Origin: the human T2T-CHM13v2.0 reference genome, Homo sapiens
Length of the DNA: 64,000 nucleotides
Reading direction: 5' to 3' (one strand)
Assembly: GCF_009914755.1 (NCBI RefSeq)
Contig: NC_060932.1
The notes under the pieces are model-generated. The model was not told where the DNA came from. It saw only the letters and a list, made by a program, of their open reading frames with translations, and did not search any database. The translations under genes and the position numbers were made by a program. Below are positions 46,965-61,385 of the stretch, piece after piece (the first letter of the stretch is position 1; each line of letters starts with the position of its first letter).

Positions 46965-47465
46965 TGTCAGGCACTTTCCAGCCAGCTTTAATATGGGGAG
47001 ACAGTTATAAAAATATTGGAGGAGTTGAAACTTCAAGGAAGGGATTGTGAGGCAACTCAGAGATTTAGCAATAGCAGGAGACTGTTACCACTTCTAGGGC
47101 TGGAGAAACCCAGGAAGGACATGGTGTTACCAGAGCTTAGGAGCTACTCAGTAGAAGCTGGGCCTATATCTGGGGTTGCCTGTAGGAGCTGAGACCATGG
47201 AGAGAGATTGTCCAAAGGTAGCTGGAACCATAGAGGAATCAAAGTCACTTCCAGAGATGCAGCCCAAAGCAGAGGGAGGAGAGGAGAGAAATTCCCTGGC
47301 TACTTCCTTCCATTTATCCCCAGGCCTCCTACCAATAACTCCCATTTGCTGCACTCAACAGATTCAGAAAGGCTGGAAAATTTAGTTTTCATGAGTCAGC
47401 TTCTAATAATACAAGCCAGAGTAGGAAAGGGTGAAAAAGTAATTTGAGAGAGAAAAGGCAAAAAA
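46965..47465 (-). mobile_element. LTR41/LTR33-like ERVL LTR
   Basis: 'ggcaactcagagatttagcaatagcaggag...ccacttctagggctgga...gagaaattccctggctacttcc'. Confidence 0.55.
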
Positions 47466-49018
47466 TGGTACCTTGGGCAGCAGTGAATTCTGTCAACTTC
47501 ATTTCCCCTTAAAGAAGTGTCCGTCATCCTGGGAAAATTTCCTTCTGCTCATAGGACATGCCTATGACTGAAGGTGACAGAAATAGAGCCAAGCAGGACT
47601 GATGTGACAAGATAACTGGGCCTAGGCAATGTGTGAGTGATGGGAAGAGCCAGGTGTCACGTGGACTTGTGCTGGTGTCTGGGGCTTATGTACTGACAGT
47701 ATTCATTAAAAGAGTCTCCAGCAGAAATGTAAACTATAGGAGACTCTCATGATCAGACAAAATGACTGTATGGTGGTTTCTGATGACCAGCGCATTTGGG
47801 GGGCTGGATTCCAGCTAGCAGCTAGTTGTTTAAGGACCAGGTTTCCTGAGGGAGGGATTGACAAGCCCTGAATACCATGTTTAGACTCCCATCAAACTAA
47901 GTAGAGCTTAAGCATTGGCCCTAGTTCTAGCAAGGCCACCCTACACCTGCCCCTTTATGCGGGACCAATTCATTCACGCATAATGCCCTGCAGGCCCAAA
48001 AAGCCAGCATCAAATACCAAGCTACCTTCAACACAACTACTCAATCTGCCTATCCAGTTTGCCTCTAATCTCCTTTGCTTGGCCTTAATTTTCTAATTCC
48101 AAAGATTTGGCTTTTATGCTCACCTCTTTTCCCTTAGGACTGTCTTTCTATGCCACTTCTGGTTAATTTGCTACTGCAGCTCTGGTACCCCCCCCACTGT
48201 CTTGGGAAGAGCTCCCTGCTCCAGTTCCTGGACTTTGAAGAATGCTTCCCTCACCTGTTATGTCTGCCATGGCCAGCCCTAGCCCCAGATGAAGGTTCAT
48301 TCTGAAAAGCAAAGGGGCCATGTGTCAGTCAGAGAGAGGGTAGACTTTCTGTGGGGTAGGCTGGATAAATATGGCAGGGGCCACGGAAGACCAAGGCTCC
48401 TCATATACTCATCTTGAGCCAGTCAAGATGTGGCTGCCAAGGGCTTACCATGCTACCCCTTTTCACCTACATCAGAGGTTTCCTCATGTGTCAGCAACAT
48501 GTGTACCCCTGCATCCAATATAGAAATTCCAGGGGAATCTTCCATCTGTGCTTTCCTTTTCCAAATGATGGCCACTTCCTCTGTTTCAACTGTTTCTCTA
48601 TTTGTTGGTTTGTTAAGAATCAATAAATCACACTTTCTATATTTGAACACTCCTTCCATCATTGACTACCTCTGTGACTTCGGAGAATAATTTAATCTCT
48701 CTAGGTCTGAAACCCTGCATCTGTATAAAGAGACATAATGTTAGTATCTCTTGTACAGGGTTGCATTGTAAAATTAAATTGGATCATTCTATAAAGAGCT
48801 TAACACAATAAGTTTTCAATAAATGCTGATTGATGTCATCATTACTGTCATCATCATCATCATCACCCAAGATTGAGCAGTAGAAATAGTCTTCCTCGTT
48901 CTCCACTTTCTTGATACTTCCCACAATAACATTACCGCTTGTTTTTCATGATTTTTACTACCAATCACTACCAAACAAAAAATAGTAGGAGTCACATGTC
49001 ACAAAAAATTTAAAAATA

Positions 49019-49373
<355 letters not shown>

Positions 49374-51159
49374 CTAAATATTTTATTTTTGGTACTCAGT
49401 TTATTGGCCCCTACTTTTTTAAATCTAGAAACAGGAATGCTCTTGGCTCTTCCAGTCTCTGTCAAGTTTTTGCCCCATGCAAATCCTACTCTTCAGCACC
49501 TATGTTCGGTTTCACATTTGGGGTTCTTTCTGCATGTAGGTGACCATTTACCTCGTAGGCCTCTATTATCCTCCTGAGAACTCAACTTCCACAAGTTTCC
49601 AAAAATAATAAAACACTCTTTCTCAGGAACTCGAAGCAAAGAAAAAAGGTACCATTTATAAAATTATCAAAGATGGCTAGTCCTACAACTGGGCATCATC
49701 TAGCAGTCTTAGTGACATCGTGGTTGGCTTCTAGGCACATGTCCTTGTTTTTCCAGGATATTGTTCATCAGATCAGGCCTTGAAAATGTGGGTAATGGAT
49801 CAACAAAGAAAATATTTGTTTTTATTTGGGCAATCTTTCATTTCTTATCGACAGTGGGATCAGAACCTGGGTTGCCAGGCTTTTAACCCAGTGGATTTCT
49901 CATCTTACATACTTAGAAAAAGATTTAAAACCCCAACATTTTAGGACAAATTAAAAATGGGTCACAAAGAGGAGAGCAGAGAAAGAAAGAAACCTTATGC
50001 CTGTGGCTATGGCTCCAGTAAAATCTTGTAGTCAGGACCTAAGTGGACATTCGACTGATTCAAATTGCATTTCCGGCACTTACTAGTTGCATGACTTCGA
50101 GAAAGTTCCTTAATAGATGAATGCCTTAGTTTCCTTGTTTGCAAAACAGGGAGACTAAAACACTTTATAAGATCAAGGTGTGGTTTAGATTAATTAATGC
50201 ATGTAAAACCCTTAGAACTGTCTCTGACTGGCTCAAAAATAAGCAACTTTACCTAAATAATTCCAAAATTCTCAGTCACATGCAATAGCAAACAATTCCT
50301 TTTCATCTGTCTGCAATCAGCTGGGGCAACTCTAAGCTGCAGATTGCATTGGGTGCACTCCATATTTCTCTCACCCTCCTTGGGGCAGTGGGCTAGGCAG
50401 GAATATCCTTATATTCCTGTGGCAAACAGAACAATCCTGAACAAGAAAGCACAATCATCAGTCCTCTATTTCTTTCTCATCTGGTAACAATGTGTTGGCC
50501 AAACAAGTCATGTGGATGAGCCCAAAAATAAAACATCAGGGAACTATATTCTATCTTTATGGGAGGAACTGCAAAATTGCATAGCCAAGAACATGAATTT
50601 GAATGGGAATATAAAGAATGAGGACCAATAATTTAACTGTGCCACCTTGACATATAATAAAAGCTCAATTAATGTTAGCTGTTAGCAATGGTACTATCCC
50701 TAAACACTCTTGAAAGAGGAAGGTTCCGCTTTCATACTTCTGCCTGATACCCTCTTTCTCTTCCTGAGCTCTGCCTTTATGCACCTCCACAACTCACTGT
50801 TAGGAAGTGATCTCTGATAGCTCCATCCTGCTTAGGGCCTCTACAGCTGGACTCTGTGCAGACTCATGCTGGCAGTACAACTTTTCATATCAACTTGTCC
50901 CTTAATAAAATTTAATAAGCCCAGAGCCAATTTCTCCTCTTCTCTAAGATTGTTGCAGGTTGACAGGGAATCTGAAGAGCAACTTACAGCTCTATACATT
51001 AACACAGCATGTAGTATATTTATTTTAATAGAGGTCTTTTGACAAAGGCTTTAATGGTAAAAAAAATTCAGACAATATTGTAAGCTTGCAGAGGGAACTA
51101 TTTAAGGACCTGGGAAACAGGCCAATAAGTACAGCCATGAGGATATTGAGTTGACCTTG

Positions 51160-51654
51160 GTATTTGTGTGACAAATGACCTCCCAAAGATGTCCACATCC
51201 TGATCTCTGAAACCTGTGAAGATGTCAGCTTATATGAAGAAAGGGACTTTTTGTTGTAAGTAAGGCTTTTGTGATGGAGAGACTATGTTAGGTTATTCAA
51301 GTAGGCCCAATATAGTCACAAAGATTCTTAGAGAAGGAGGTTGTAGAATTAGGCTTAGACAGAAAACAGTGTGAGGATGGAAGCAGAGGGACACACAGAG
51401 AGAGGGGAAGATGCCATGCTGCACTGCTGATTTTGAAGATGGTGAATGGGGCCACAAGCCAAGGAATGCAGGAAGCCTTTAGAAGCTAGAAAAGGCATGG
51501 AAACAGGTTCTGCCGTAGAATCCCCAGAAGGAACAGAGTCCTAGTGATTCATCTTAGGATTTCTGACCTTCAGGACTGTAAGAGAGTAACTTAGTGTTAT
51601 TTAAACCACAGAATTTATGGCAATTTGTTACAACAACAATGGAAAACTAATATA
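51160..51654 (+). mobile_element. MLT1D-like MaLR LTR
   Basis: 'cccaaagatgtccacatcctgatc...tttgaagatgg...gccaaggaatgcagg...ctagaaaaggc...ggaaaactaatata'. Confidence 0.85.
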
Positions 51655-52711
51655 GCCTCTGTCAATTGTGGGATCCCAGCACCTTGGAAAAAAATGAAAT
51701 CAGAGTTCCTATTCTCATGTGGTCATAATCCAAACTGGAAAAACCCCCTAATTTTCTCTGTGTTAGACCATGGAAATTATACCTCTAGGTCAGTGAAACT
51801 GAAACCGTGTTTTTGATAAAATAAAGAGTTAGGGGATCAAGCCACCAGGCTCTTTCAATTTCAAGCAAGCTAGTTCAAGCACAAACCCTCCTATGTCTGT
51901 CCATCTCTTGTGTGCTTGGATTCAGCCTCTAAATACTTCTGTTGCCCGGTAGGCCTAGAGGGCCCATCCACAGCCTGCTTTGTTTCAGAGGTCATGCACC
52001 GTGTAACTTGTTTCCTAGTTTCTTCTCAACATGGGCTTTTAGAATATTCACTCTCAGAGCAGAGGACCAGTTCAGGGCAGGGCTTCCATCCTGTGACTTT
52101 ACCTAGGTCCGCCCTATGGATGGGTAACATAACAACATAAAGAAGCAATTACTTCTGGAGTATGAAGCTCCACTCAATACTGGTATAAGCTAGGATTAGG
52201 TTAATCTGTATGTAACAGAAAAGGAACATGGTTTCCATAAAACATATTTATTTTTGTCTCTCCTAAAAGAAAATACTAACTTCATTAATTGAAGACTAAT
52301 ATGTGGGTATGGTTAGGAGAGACCCAGTCTCCTTCTATCTTCCTGCTTCACCATCTCAGAACTGGGCTTCATACTCAAGGCTGATTTGAGGTCCAAGTTG
52401 ACTGGCAGAGCTCCAACCATCATCTCCACATTTTTGGTAGGAAGAAGGAAAAAGAAAAAATGCAAAAGATCACCCCTCCCAGAGGAATCACCTGTCTTTA
52501 ATGAGCTTTCCTGGAAGACTCCCATGACCACCAGCTGGATTCCATTAGCCGCCCCTAGCTGTAAGGGAACTTGTTAAAAATAGCCTCTAAAAAACAAAAC
52601 AAAACAAAAAATGCAGGGACATTGTCTTAAATAGGAACATTCAAGTTCTGTTAGAAAAAAAGAAGGGGAGAATGTATATTAGTGAGCAGCAAACTGTTCT
52701 CTCTCTCTCTC

Positions 52712-53002
52712 TTTTTTTTTTTTTTGTAAACAGGGTTTGGCTCTGTTACCTAGGCTGTAGTGCAATGGCACAATGATGGCTCACTGTAGCCTTAAACTCT
52801 CCGGCTCTAGGGATCCTCCCACTTCACCCTCCCGAGTAGCTGGGACTACAGGCGCACACCACTATGCCCGGCTAATTTTGTTTTTTTTTTTCTTTTGGTA
52901 GAGACGGAGTCTTACTATGTTCCTCAGGCTGGTTTCAAGCTCCTGGGCTCACACAATCCTCCTGCCTCTCAAAGTACTAGAGTATGGTGTGTGTCACCAG
53001 CC
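52712..53002 (-). mobile_element. AluJ
   Basis: 'gatggctcactgtagcc', 'gatcctcccac', 'ctcctgggctca'; degenerate 5' end. Confidence 0.88.
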
Positions 53003-53057
53003 ACAACTCTTTGTGACACAGCCTGCCTGTTTACTCTCCACCTATGAAAACTACATA

Positions 53058-53159
53058 TGAGGTTGGTGCAAAAGCAAAGGAATTGCAGTTTTTACCATTA
53101 CTTTTAATGGTAAAATTGCGGTTTTTACCATTACTTTCAATGCTTTTGCACCAACCTAG
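53058..53159. mobile_element. MADE1 mariner MITE, internally rearranged
   Basis: Inverted ends 'aggttggtgcaaaag'/'cttttgcaccaacct', TA flanks; 29-bp internal direct repeat. Confidence 0.9.
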
Positions 53160-53747
53160 TAAAATGTAGTCACCACCTCCCTCAAGAGTCAGTTCCACAT
53201 TCTTATCCAATGGCTGTACCCAGCTCAAAGTTCAGGATATCTAGATGGTGTGCAGTTATCTCCAACAAATCTGGATGTTTCTTCTTGCGGTTCAGTGACA
53301 CCTAAGTTCAAAAGCAAGTTATCTTCTTCACAAAAACCAAAGCACCATGAGGGAAAAGAAATGGAATAATTGCAATTTTGTTTTCACAAGTAAACAAAAC
53401 CTTTCATCTGGAAAATGGAGAATGGGAAACACTAATCTATTATAATTATTAAATTCTTTTGGGTAATAATAGCAAAGATTATTAGTCAGGCAGTGGGGGA
53501 TTTCATGGGTGTGTTTGATGATTTAGGTTATCAGGCAGCCTTGGTTCTGCCCTCTGGAAAGAACTCCCCTCCTTGTCCTTTATTCTCTGTTGCCCTGGCC
53601 CTGAACACTAGAAGTCCTTGACTGCACCTGAAGGAGGGACTGAAGAGCACTCTTTGGGGAGCTGCGTACCTCTCATAGTCCACTTACTTCTGGTACAGTT
53701 TTGGGTCCCAGAGATTGCCTTGATGGTAGAAAAGTCTCAGCTGCTTG

Positions 53748-54082
<335 letters not shown>

Positions 54083-55008
54083 TTATGCTTAAGTTTATTA
54101 TAATTATTATCTTGTTTTTGTAATTTTGAGCAAGCTTCCTCTCTTCTGGCTTCTATTCAGCTATAGGCAGAGTAATCACAGGCAATGGCTAGAGAGAGCT
54201 TTTAAACAGGAAAGGTCTCATCTTTTATTTATTGGTCTCTGTGCTCTGCTATGTCTTGCCTTCTCAGATTAATGGTCACTTTCTTGACTCATCTGAAACA
54301 ATGAGCTTGGATGGGAATGTAATACCTTTAATCCCATATTTATCAGTGAGTTCCCAACTTCCAATGAGAGGATATCAGTTTTGTCGCTTGTAAAGGCAGC
54401 AATTTTACAACCACTAATTATAATGGCTTCAGTTTGGGGTACAAATGCATTTGGCCTTTTCAACTGTGCAAGGCTTAAATTATGAGACTCCTATTCAACT
54501 CAGACTGCAGATCGTAAGCAGGAGCATCTCCCTTAGGAAATTGTCATTTCTTTCCATTTGTGCTTTTAATGTGGCTAGCTCTAGTATGAGCCACTTTCTT
54601 TCTTTTAGGACTCTGTAGAGAGCAGCAGGGAGAGGCCAACACACACCAGAATTTGTAATTTTCCTACCATTTTCCCAGTATTTGAACTTTGGTCAGCATA
54701 CGCTCTGGTCCCCAAGGTATAGTGGGCGACAGATGTGACAAAATGTTTCACCACAGCTTTAACAGGGGCAGCAAGGTTTTCAGGCTACAATATCTGAATC
54801 CTTAACATCGGCCTCCCCACCTCCTCTGTTCAGCCAGGTTGATGTTTTGGGTTCTATTATCTCTAGCACCCCACTTTTAGAACCTTCTGTATTCATTAAG
54901 ATTTGTTTCAGCTGCATATCACTAAGACCCCAAATATGTGATCTAAACAGGATAATGGTTCATTTCTCTCTCACATGAAAAAAGTAGGCAGGCTAGGACT
55001 AATAGCAT

Positions 55009-55561
55009 TATTACAGGAAAGGGGTCCCAATCCAGACCCCAAGAGAGGTTTCTTGGATCTCACGCAAGAAAGAATTGAGGGCGAGTCCATACAGTAAAGT
55101 GAAAGCAAACTTATTAAGAAAGTAAAGGAATAAAAGAATGGCTACTCCATGGACACAGCAGCCTTGAGGGCTGCTGGTTGCCCATTCTTATGGTTATTTC
55201 TTGATGATATGCTAAACAAGGGATGGATTATTCATACCTCCCCTTTTAGACCATATAGGGTAACTTCCTGACGTTGCCATGGCATCTGTAAACTGTCATG
55301 GTGCTGGTGGGAGTGTAGCAGTGAGGACGACCAGAGGTCACTCTTGTGGCCATCTTGATTTTGGTGGGATTTGGCCGGCTTCCTTACTGCAACCTGTTTT
55401 ATCAGCAAGGTCATTATGATCTGTATCTTGTGCTGACCTTCTATCTCATCCTGTGACTTAGAATGCCTTAACTGTCTGGGAATGCAGCCCAGTAGGTCTC
55501 AGCCTCCTTTTACCCAGCCCCTATTCAAGATGGAGTTGCTCGGGTTTAAATGCCTCTGACA
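55009..55561 (-). mobile_element. MER41A ERV1 solo LTR
   Basis: 'ttacaggaaaggggtcccaatccagaccccaagagagg...aacttcctgacgttgccatggc...attcaagatggagttgctc...cctctgaca'. Confidence 0.92.
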
Positions 55562-56599
55562 GAGTCATTATGGAAATTTCAAGGAACTAGGCTCCTTCTT
55601 CCTTTCTGCTCCACTGTCCTCAAGGCTACCTCATTATCCAAAGTGCTTGCTGACTCTCCAGCCGTGACATTCGTGTTCCAAGCAAGAGGAAGGAGAAGTG
55701 GGGAAGAGTGCTGAACAAGAAGTAATACCTGCCAGAGGAGCCATGTGATTTAAAATCTTTTCCTCTGAGCTTTCCAGTGACTGCTACTCACAGCAATTTG
55801 GCCGCACATAACTGCATGAAAGGCTGGGAAGTGCAGTCTTTTAGCTGAGTTCATGACCACACAAAATAAAATTGGGTTTCTGTTAGCAAAAAGGAAAAGA
55901 GAACATTGGGCAGGCAGCTGTCAGTCTCTTCCACATTCTCCGAAAATCCTGTTCTCCCCTGACTTATGCTACCAAAAACATGACCAATGCCTCCATTGCA
56001 TTACAGCTGATTGCCAAAAGACTTAAGCTAAGTGTCTCATGGAGAAGGGAAACAACTATTATGAGTCATCTACACCTTACTGCCAACAAATCTCATGTCA
56101 TTTCCCGACAATGGGTTTAGAGGTAAGAGAGGGAAAGAGATGAGTGAGACGCCGCAATGAGGGCATCAGGTGCCATTATACAGAAGGGGCCAAGGAAGAG
56201 ACACCAAAGACAATATGCTCACGTCTCTGTGAGGATATGATAAACTTCCCTTTAACATAGTACCCTGTGATCAGAGTTACAGCTGAAAAGCCTATTTTCT
56301 GCCCTGCTTGCATGCTCTGAGCAGCCATCCACATCACTTGTGTGGGTGGGGGTAGTAATGTGTCAGCCAGTGCTGCATGTTGGCTCCATTTTGGGGTTGG
56401 TGGCATGAAGACAACATTGTCTACACAGTGAGATGATCACTCTCTCTGCTCCTGGAATGAGGTATTTTACCCAGCACTGCCAACTCTTAGCAAACAATGC
56501 ACCAGACCAGGAAGATCTCTGTCCCAACAGTGGGCTTGTCCCTAACTTGCATGACCAGATGCACTTAAATGGTCAGGGCCTGGGAGTACCTACTGGTTT

Positions 56600-57006
56600 G
56601 GTGCTCTAGTGCATTGCCCCAGACTTAGATGCTCATTTCCCCAGCTGCTGGAAGTGTTTGTAGCTCGAGGATCCCCCCTCAGTTTCTCTCTTGGATGTGC
56701 CTTCAGCCAAGGAAAGGAACTTGACACAAGCCTTTCACCCAGTCCTCTGATTTTGCCGATTCCATGCTTACTGTGCAACACTTGGGCAGGGGTTAATAAA
56801 GGCCCAACTCCCTTGCCTCAAGACAAGACAATCCTAAAAGCCCATCCCAGCTCTGGAAGACCTCGTAGGTCTCCGAGGTCTCTAGCGAAGGTATCACAGT
56901 CAACTTCTCCGTTAGCCTTGCCCTGCTTCCCTCTTCTTATTTAGATGTTTTTGAGGGTTACACTTTCAGTAAAATATCTGCACAAAAATCTCAGTCTCAG
57001 AGTCTT
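56600..57006 (+). mobile_element. LTR16-like ERVL LTR
   Basis: 'ccccagctgctggaagtg', 'cccttgcctcaag', terminal 'ctgcacaaaaatctcagtctcagagtct'. Confidence 0.65.
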
Positions 57007-57306
57007 TTTTTTATACATGTGCTGCAACTGCCCATGAGGGGCAGAGACAAAGCAGAAATTGCCTCTCTGGGTCACAGTCCCCCTGGCTCAGTGTCATCTC
57101 TTTAATGATAGCACCTGGGTTTATGCAGTGGGAGCCTCTGGCTACACTTATATAGCTTCAGAGGCTACGGATGACCTTCCAACACCATTGCTCTTTTTAA
57201 TCATCTATAAAGGTCTGACAAGAATTTATATAGACCTTTGTGTGCCCATTATATTTTTAACCTGCATCACCTATTTGGTAAATTGACTTCATAATTTTAC
57301 TTTATG

Positions 57307-57582
<276 letters not shown>

Positions 57583-60444
57583 TTAAGGGGTACTGTCTGC
57601 CTATAATGGATTATAAATAATGCCCTGCCTGTACCCTATATTACATTTTTCCTGCTAAAATGCAACCCTTTGCTCACACAAAAAGTTATCTGACACCTTT
57701 TATAACCTTCTAGCAAAAGATTATGTTGCGGGCCTGGGGTCGGGAGAGTAGGGGTGAGATTTCCCCTAATAAGTTGGAAATAAAAGAAAGAAGATTTGGT
57801 TCCAAGGATTCAGCTAGTAAAATCCACATGCAATGTTTAGAAATCTAGATGAGTAAATAAGAGACTGTCTGTAAATATGTGGCCAAAGGATTTGAATAGT
57901 CCTCTTATTCCTCCCAAGGTGACCTGGGTCTCAGAGAGGCAGGACAGGAATGTGGTTACTATTTAGCAAGCAAAAGCCCCATTGATTGCATTGCAATGTA
58001 TGAGCATAAAGGGACAGTCTGGATCATAAAAAATACAGCTCAACAGAACAAAAATTGGCTGTGTTTTTCCAGCATTGTCCAATCTAAGAAGACACTGAAT
58101 CTGTAAGACAACCTTAATTAAATTACTAGAGAGGTGTTCTGTATCAAGGGGTAGGAATGATTCATCACACCTGACATGGCCTGGATAAAAATCTCCCAGA
58201 CTCTCCACCTCCCTTTGCTCTGATTCCACGCTTACTATGCAACTTTAGAGTTATTATTTTGACCTCCCCTGGAAGAAGCTGTCTCCCAGCAGGAGAAATG
58301 AGAATTCCTTTCATTGGATCAAAATATCTTCCATTATGTACCAATAAGTTTTGCATCTTCTGATGTGCTTTGATTTTAATTTGGTTACTGTGAGTCAGTG
58401 CCCTTGATGCAGTTTGACTCCAGGACAATGACAAAGTTTAGGACTCATAGGCACAGTAAATTCACCAAGGTGAATGCCTCCCTGTGAGATCACTTGGTAA
58501 AGAACCATCCAGCCTTCATCCGATGACCTCTTATCTCTCCCAGTGAAAAGATGACAAGATCTTTGAAAAATTTATATATGTCTGCTTAATATTTTACAAC
58601 GAGGAAATGTTGAAATGCTGAATATCATCGACAACTTTGGGGAATTCTCTGTAAACTTGCCCTTCCAGATCACTCATAAAAACAAGAGATAAAATGCCTC
58701 CGAGGCTGGAGAGACCTATTATATGTACATCCTCACAAGAGTGGTGCCTGTTTATTCCCACAATTGATACCATAAATATATAAAATATATTACTCTCTTT
58801 TGAACAAAATATGGTCCTCCATCCTTAGATGCTTAGCTGGAGCTGGGACTACTTACCAAAACCTTCAAGAAAATATGCATTGATTATAACATTTGTGCTT
58901 TCTCTAATCTTTGATTGGTTTTCTAGACCATCCCTGACCAGTAGACCTAAAAAGCAGATAGCTCAGAGCACTGAATTCCATTCAGCACATTTTCCTCCTG
59001 ATAGGAATTTTCTTTGTCATCGCCCTGGCCCTGAACTCTTGGCCCAATTCTGCTTCCCAAATCCAGCCTGCCAGATTTAGCCTGACCTCCTGGATGATTC
59101 CCCCAGAGCTTTAACCTGTTTCCCAGATGCCATGTTGGCCTTCTGTCCTCCAACTCAGAAGTATTTAGGTTGTCTCAGGTTGGGTATCCATGACTCAGTC
59201 ATCATTCTTTTTTCTCATGAAGATAGAGAAGAGGTTCAAACATATTTCTGAAACCCACACTTCCCTAGAATTCCATCTCCCACCAGGGAAAAATGAATAA
59301 AGTCGCTCTTGCTCTCTATACTCATGACCTATAAGAAGGCAGGGCTGAACCGCTATGGTGGAGGCCAAGCTGGCAGCACAGCTTGCAAGGTTGGGGTGGA
59401 GCTGCATGCCTGGACTCAGCTCTGTGAAGCAGCCCCTATGTCCCCACATTATGCTCCAGCGAGATTCAGAGAATGACTCCTAAGGCTTCCAGGCTTTCTT
59501 GTGAAATTATTATTATCATGAATTATATGTGGTATTGTAGGATGGTATTTTAAAATAGACAATGTCTTCCCCATCCTGTCACCCTAAATTTTCTATTTGT
59601 CATATTTTCCTTTTCTGTAATTCCAGGAGAAGAATGACATAGCCCAATGAAGATAGGAAACTATTCTGGACTTTGGAAGAATATGTAAAAAAAACAAAAA
59701 AAAAACAAAAAAAAAAACAAGTTTTCTGTATTTCTTCTAGATGGGAGAAGACAAGGAATGAAAAAGGAAACCAAGATAATTTCATACTAGAGAGGTCTAG
59801 GCTCTGGAAAGGAGGTGACTAAACCCCTGGATAGATCTGGAGATTCTGAGATCAGGGAGTATCAGTGACACACCTCGCAGACCTGATCCTTCCTGAAACC
59901 AGTCTAGCAAACTGGGGAAATCAAGGAAAATGAAATGACTATGTGGTATATCTGAGAAGATGGGCCAGAGGCACCTTTGTAGAGTTACCCATAGCATAGA
60001 AAGATCGAGAACAGAAGGATATATTCTGTGTATCCAAGCCTAGTGCAGACATGGGGCGTGAAGCCAGGGCCCACACACAAAAGGCCCTGTGGCTGCCTTG
60101 AAGGGGCTGCAGGGGGTACCTGGAGGAATAGAGGAAGACACCAAAGACAAAATGCTCACTCTTGAACCATGAGCCTCTACATAAAAAGGTCCTTGAACTT
60201 ACTGGGACTAAGTTTTCATTACCTGACAAAATTGGGAATCAAAGTATAGATTAATATTAGTTATAGAAAATAAAAAAAATTCGTACCCATCTGTGAATTT
60301 GTGGATTTATCATAACCAATACAATGGAAACCTGGGTTTCCCAGAAAGCCCAGTGGAACGATTTTTGTCAGGTCATCCTTATTGGTGCAGTTAAAAAAAT
60401 AGATGGTCTTTCTGCCATAAATTGGCATTGCCTTCCAAGGATTC

Positions 60445-60872
60445 TACATTAGTTTGCTTGGGCTACAAAATATGACAGACTGGGTGGCTTCAAAACAGAC
60501 ATTTATTTTCTCACAGTTCTGGAGATGAAAACCCTGGATTCCAAGTGCCAACATGACAGATTTCTGATAAGGCCTCTCTTCCTGGCTTGTGGATGGCAAC
60601 CTTCTTACTGTGTCTGTTCCCACAGGGTCTTTCTTCTCTGGGGTGCAAGGACCCTTGATCTTTCAGGGAAACAGACGGAACTTTCTTCTCCTCTACTCCT
60701 CCTTCTTTAAGAACACAATCCTATTGGATTATGACCCCATCTAGCTCTAATTACCTCCCCACTCATTTAGCCCTAATTACCTCCCCACAGGTCCCTTCTC
60801 TGAATACAATCACCCTGGGGGTTCGGGCATCAACATAGGAATTTTAGGGGAGACACTATTCAGTCCACAGGA
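60445..60872 (-). mobile_element. MLT1A/B-like MaLR LTR with a 26-bp internal tandem duplication (60738-60789)
   Basis: 'cagactgggtggcttcaaaacagacatttattttctcacagttctgga...ggggagacactattcagtcca'. Confidence 0.8.
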
Positions 60873-60954
60873 GACCCTATGATTCCAGGTCACCTTGCAG
60901 AGCATAATTGATAATTTGGAACATTCCAAAGTGATCATTCTTTATTATTCTCTA

Positions 60955-61385
60955 TGTGCCCCTTTGAATCTCTTCCCCAGCCTTCTCTCCCTCCCAGTTT
61001 TGAGCCCCATGCAGCTAATGTCCATGACTGCCCATCCAGAGACCCATTGCTTTTGGCTTTCCAATTGGGTTCCCCAATTTCTGCACTGGCAGAGTTAGAA
61101 AGAGGAAAGAAAGAGAGTTTGGGGTATTTATTCCTCCTGCTCATCTTCAATCAATAGCCACAGCTCCTGAGGGGCAGACATCCACTTCCTTGGCCACAGT
61201 TCTTGCTGGGTTGGAGTAACAACTTCCTCCTCTTTCCCCTTCAGCATAGGAGTGGCAATGCTTTTGCTGTTGGCGGTCCCTGGGTATTGCATGGTTGTTT
61301 ATTAGTCCATTAACCCTGCTATACTTCTATAGTCTCTTCATTAAATTCTCTTTAATAAACCTTTCAAGTATGCCCAGGCTCTGAT
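60955..61385 (+). mobile_element. LTR33/41-like ERVL LTR
   Basis: 'ttttggctttccaattgggtt...cactggcagag...ggggtatttattcctcc...attaaattctctt'. Confidence 0.5.

Noticed and set aside
53058-53159. miR-548-family microRNA gene
   Set aside because: The inner palindrome is disrupted and there is no expression evidence in the sequence.
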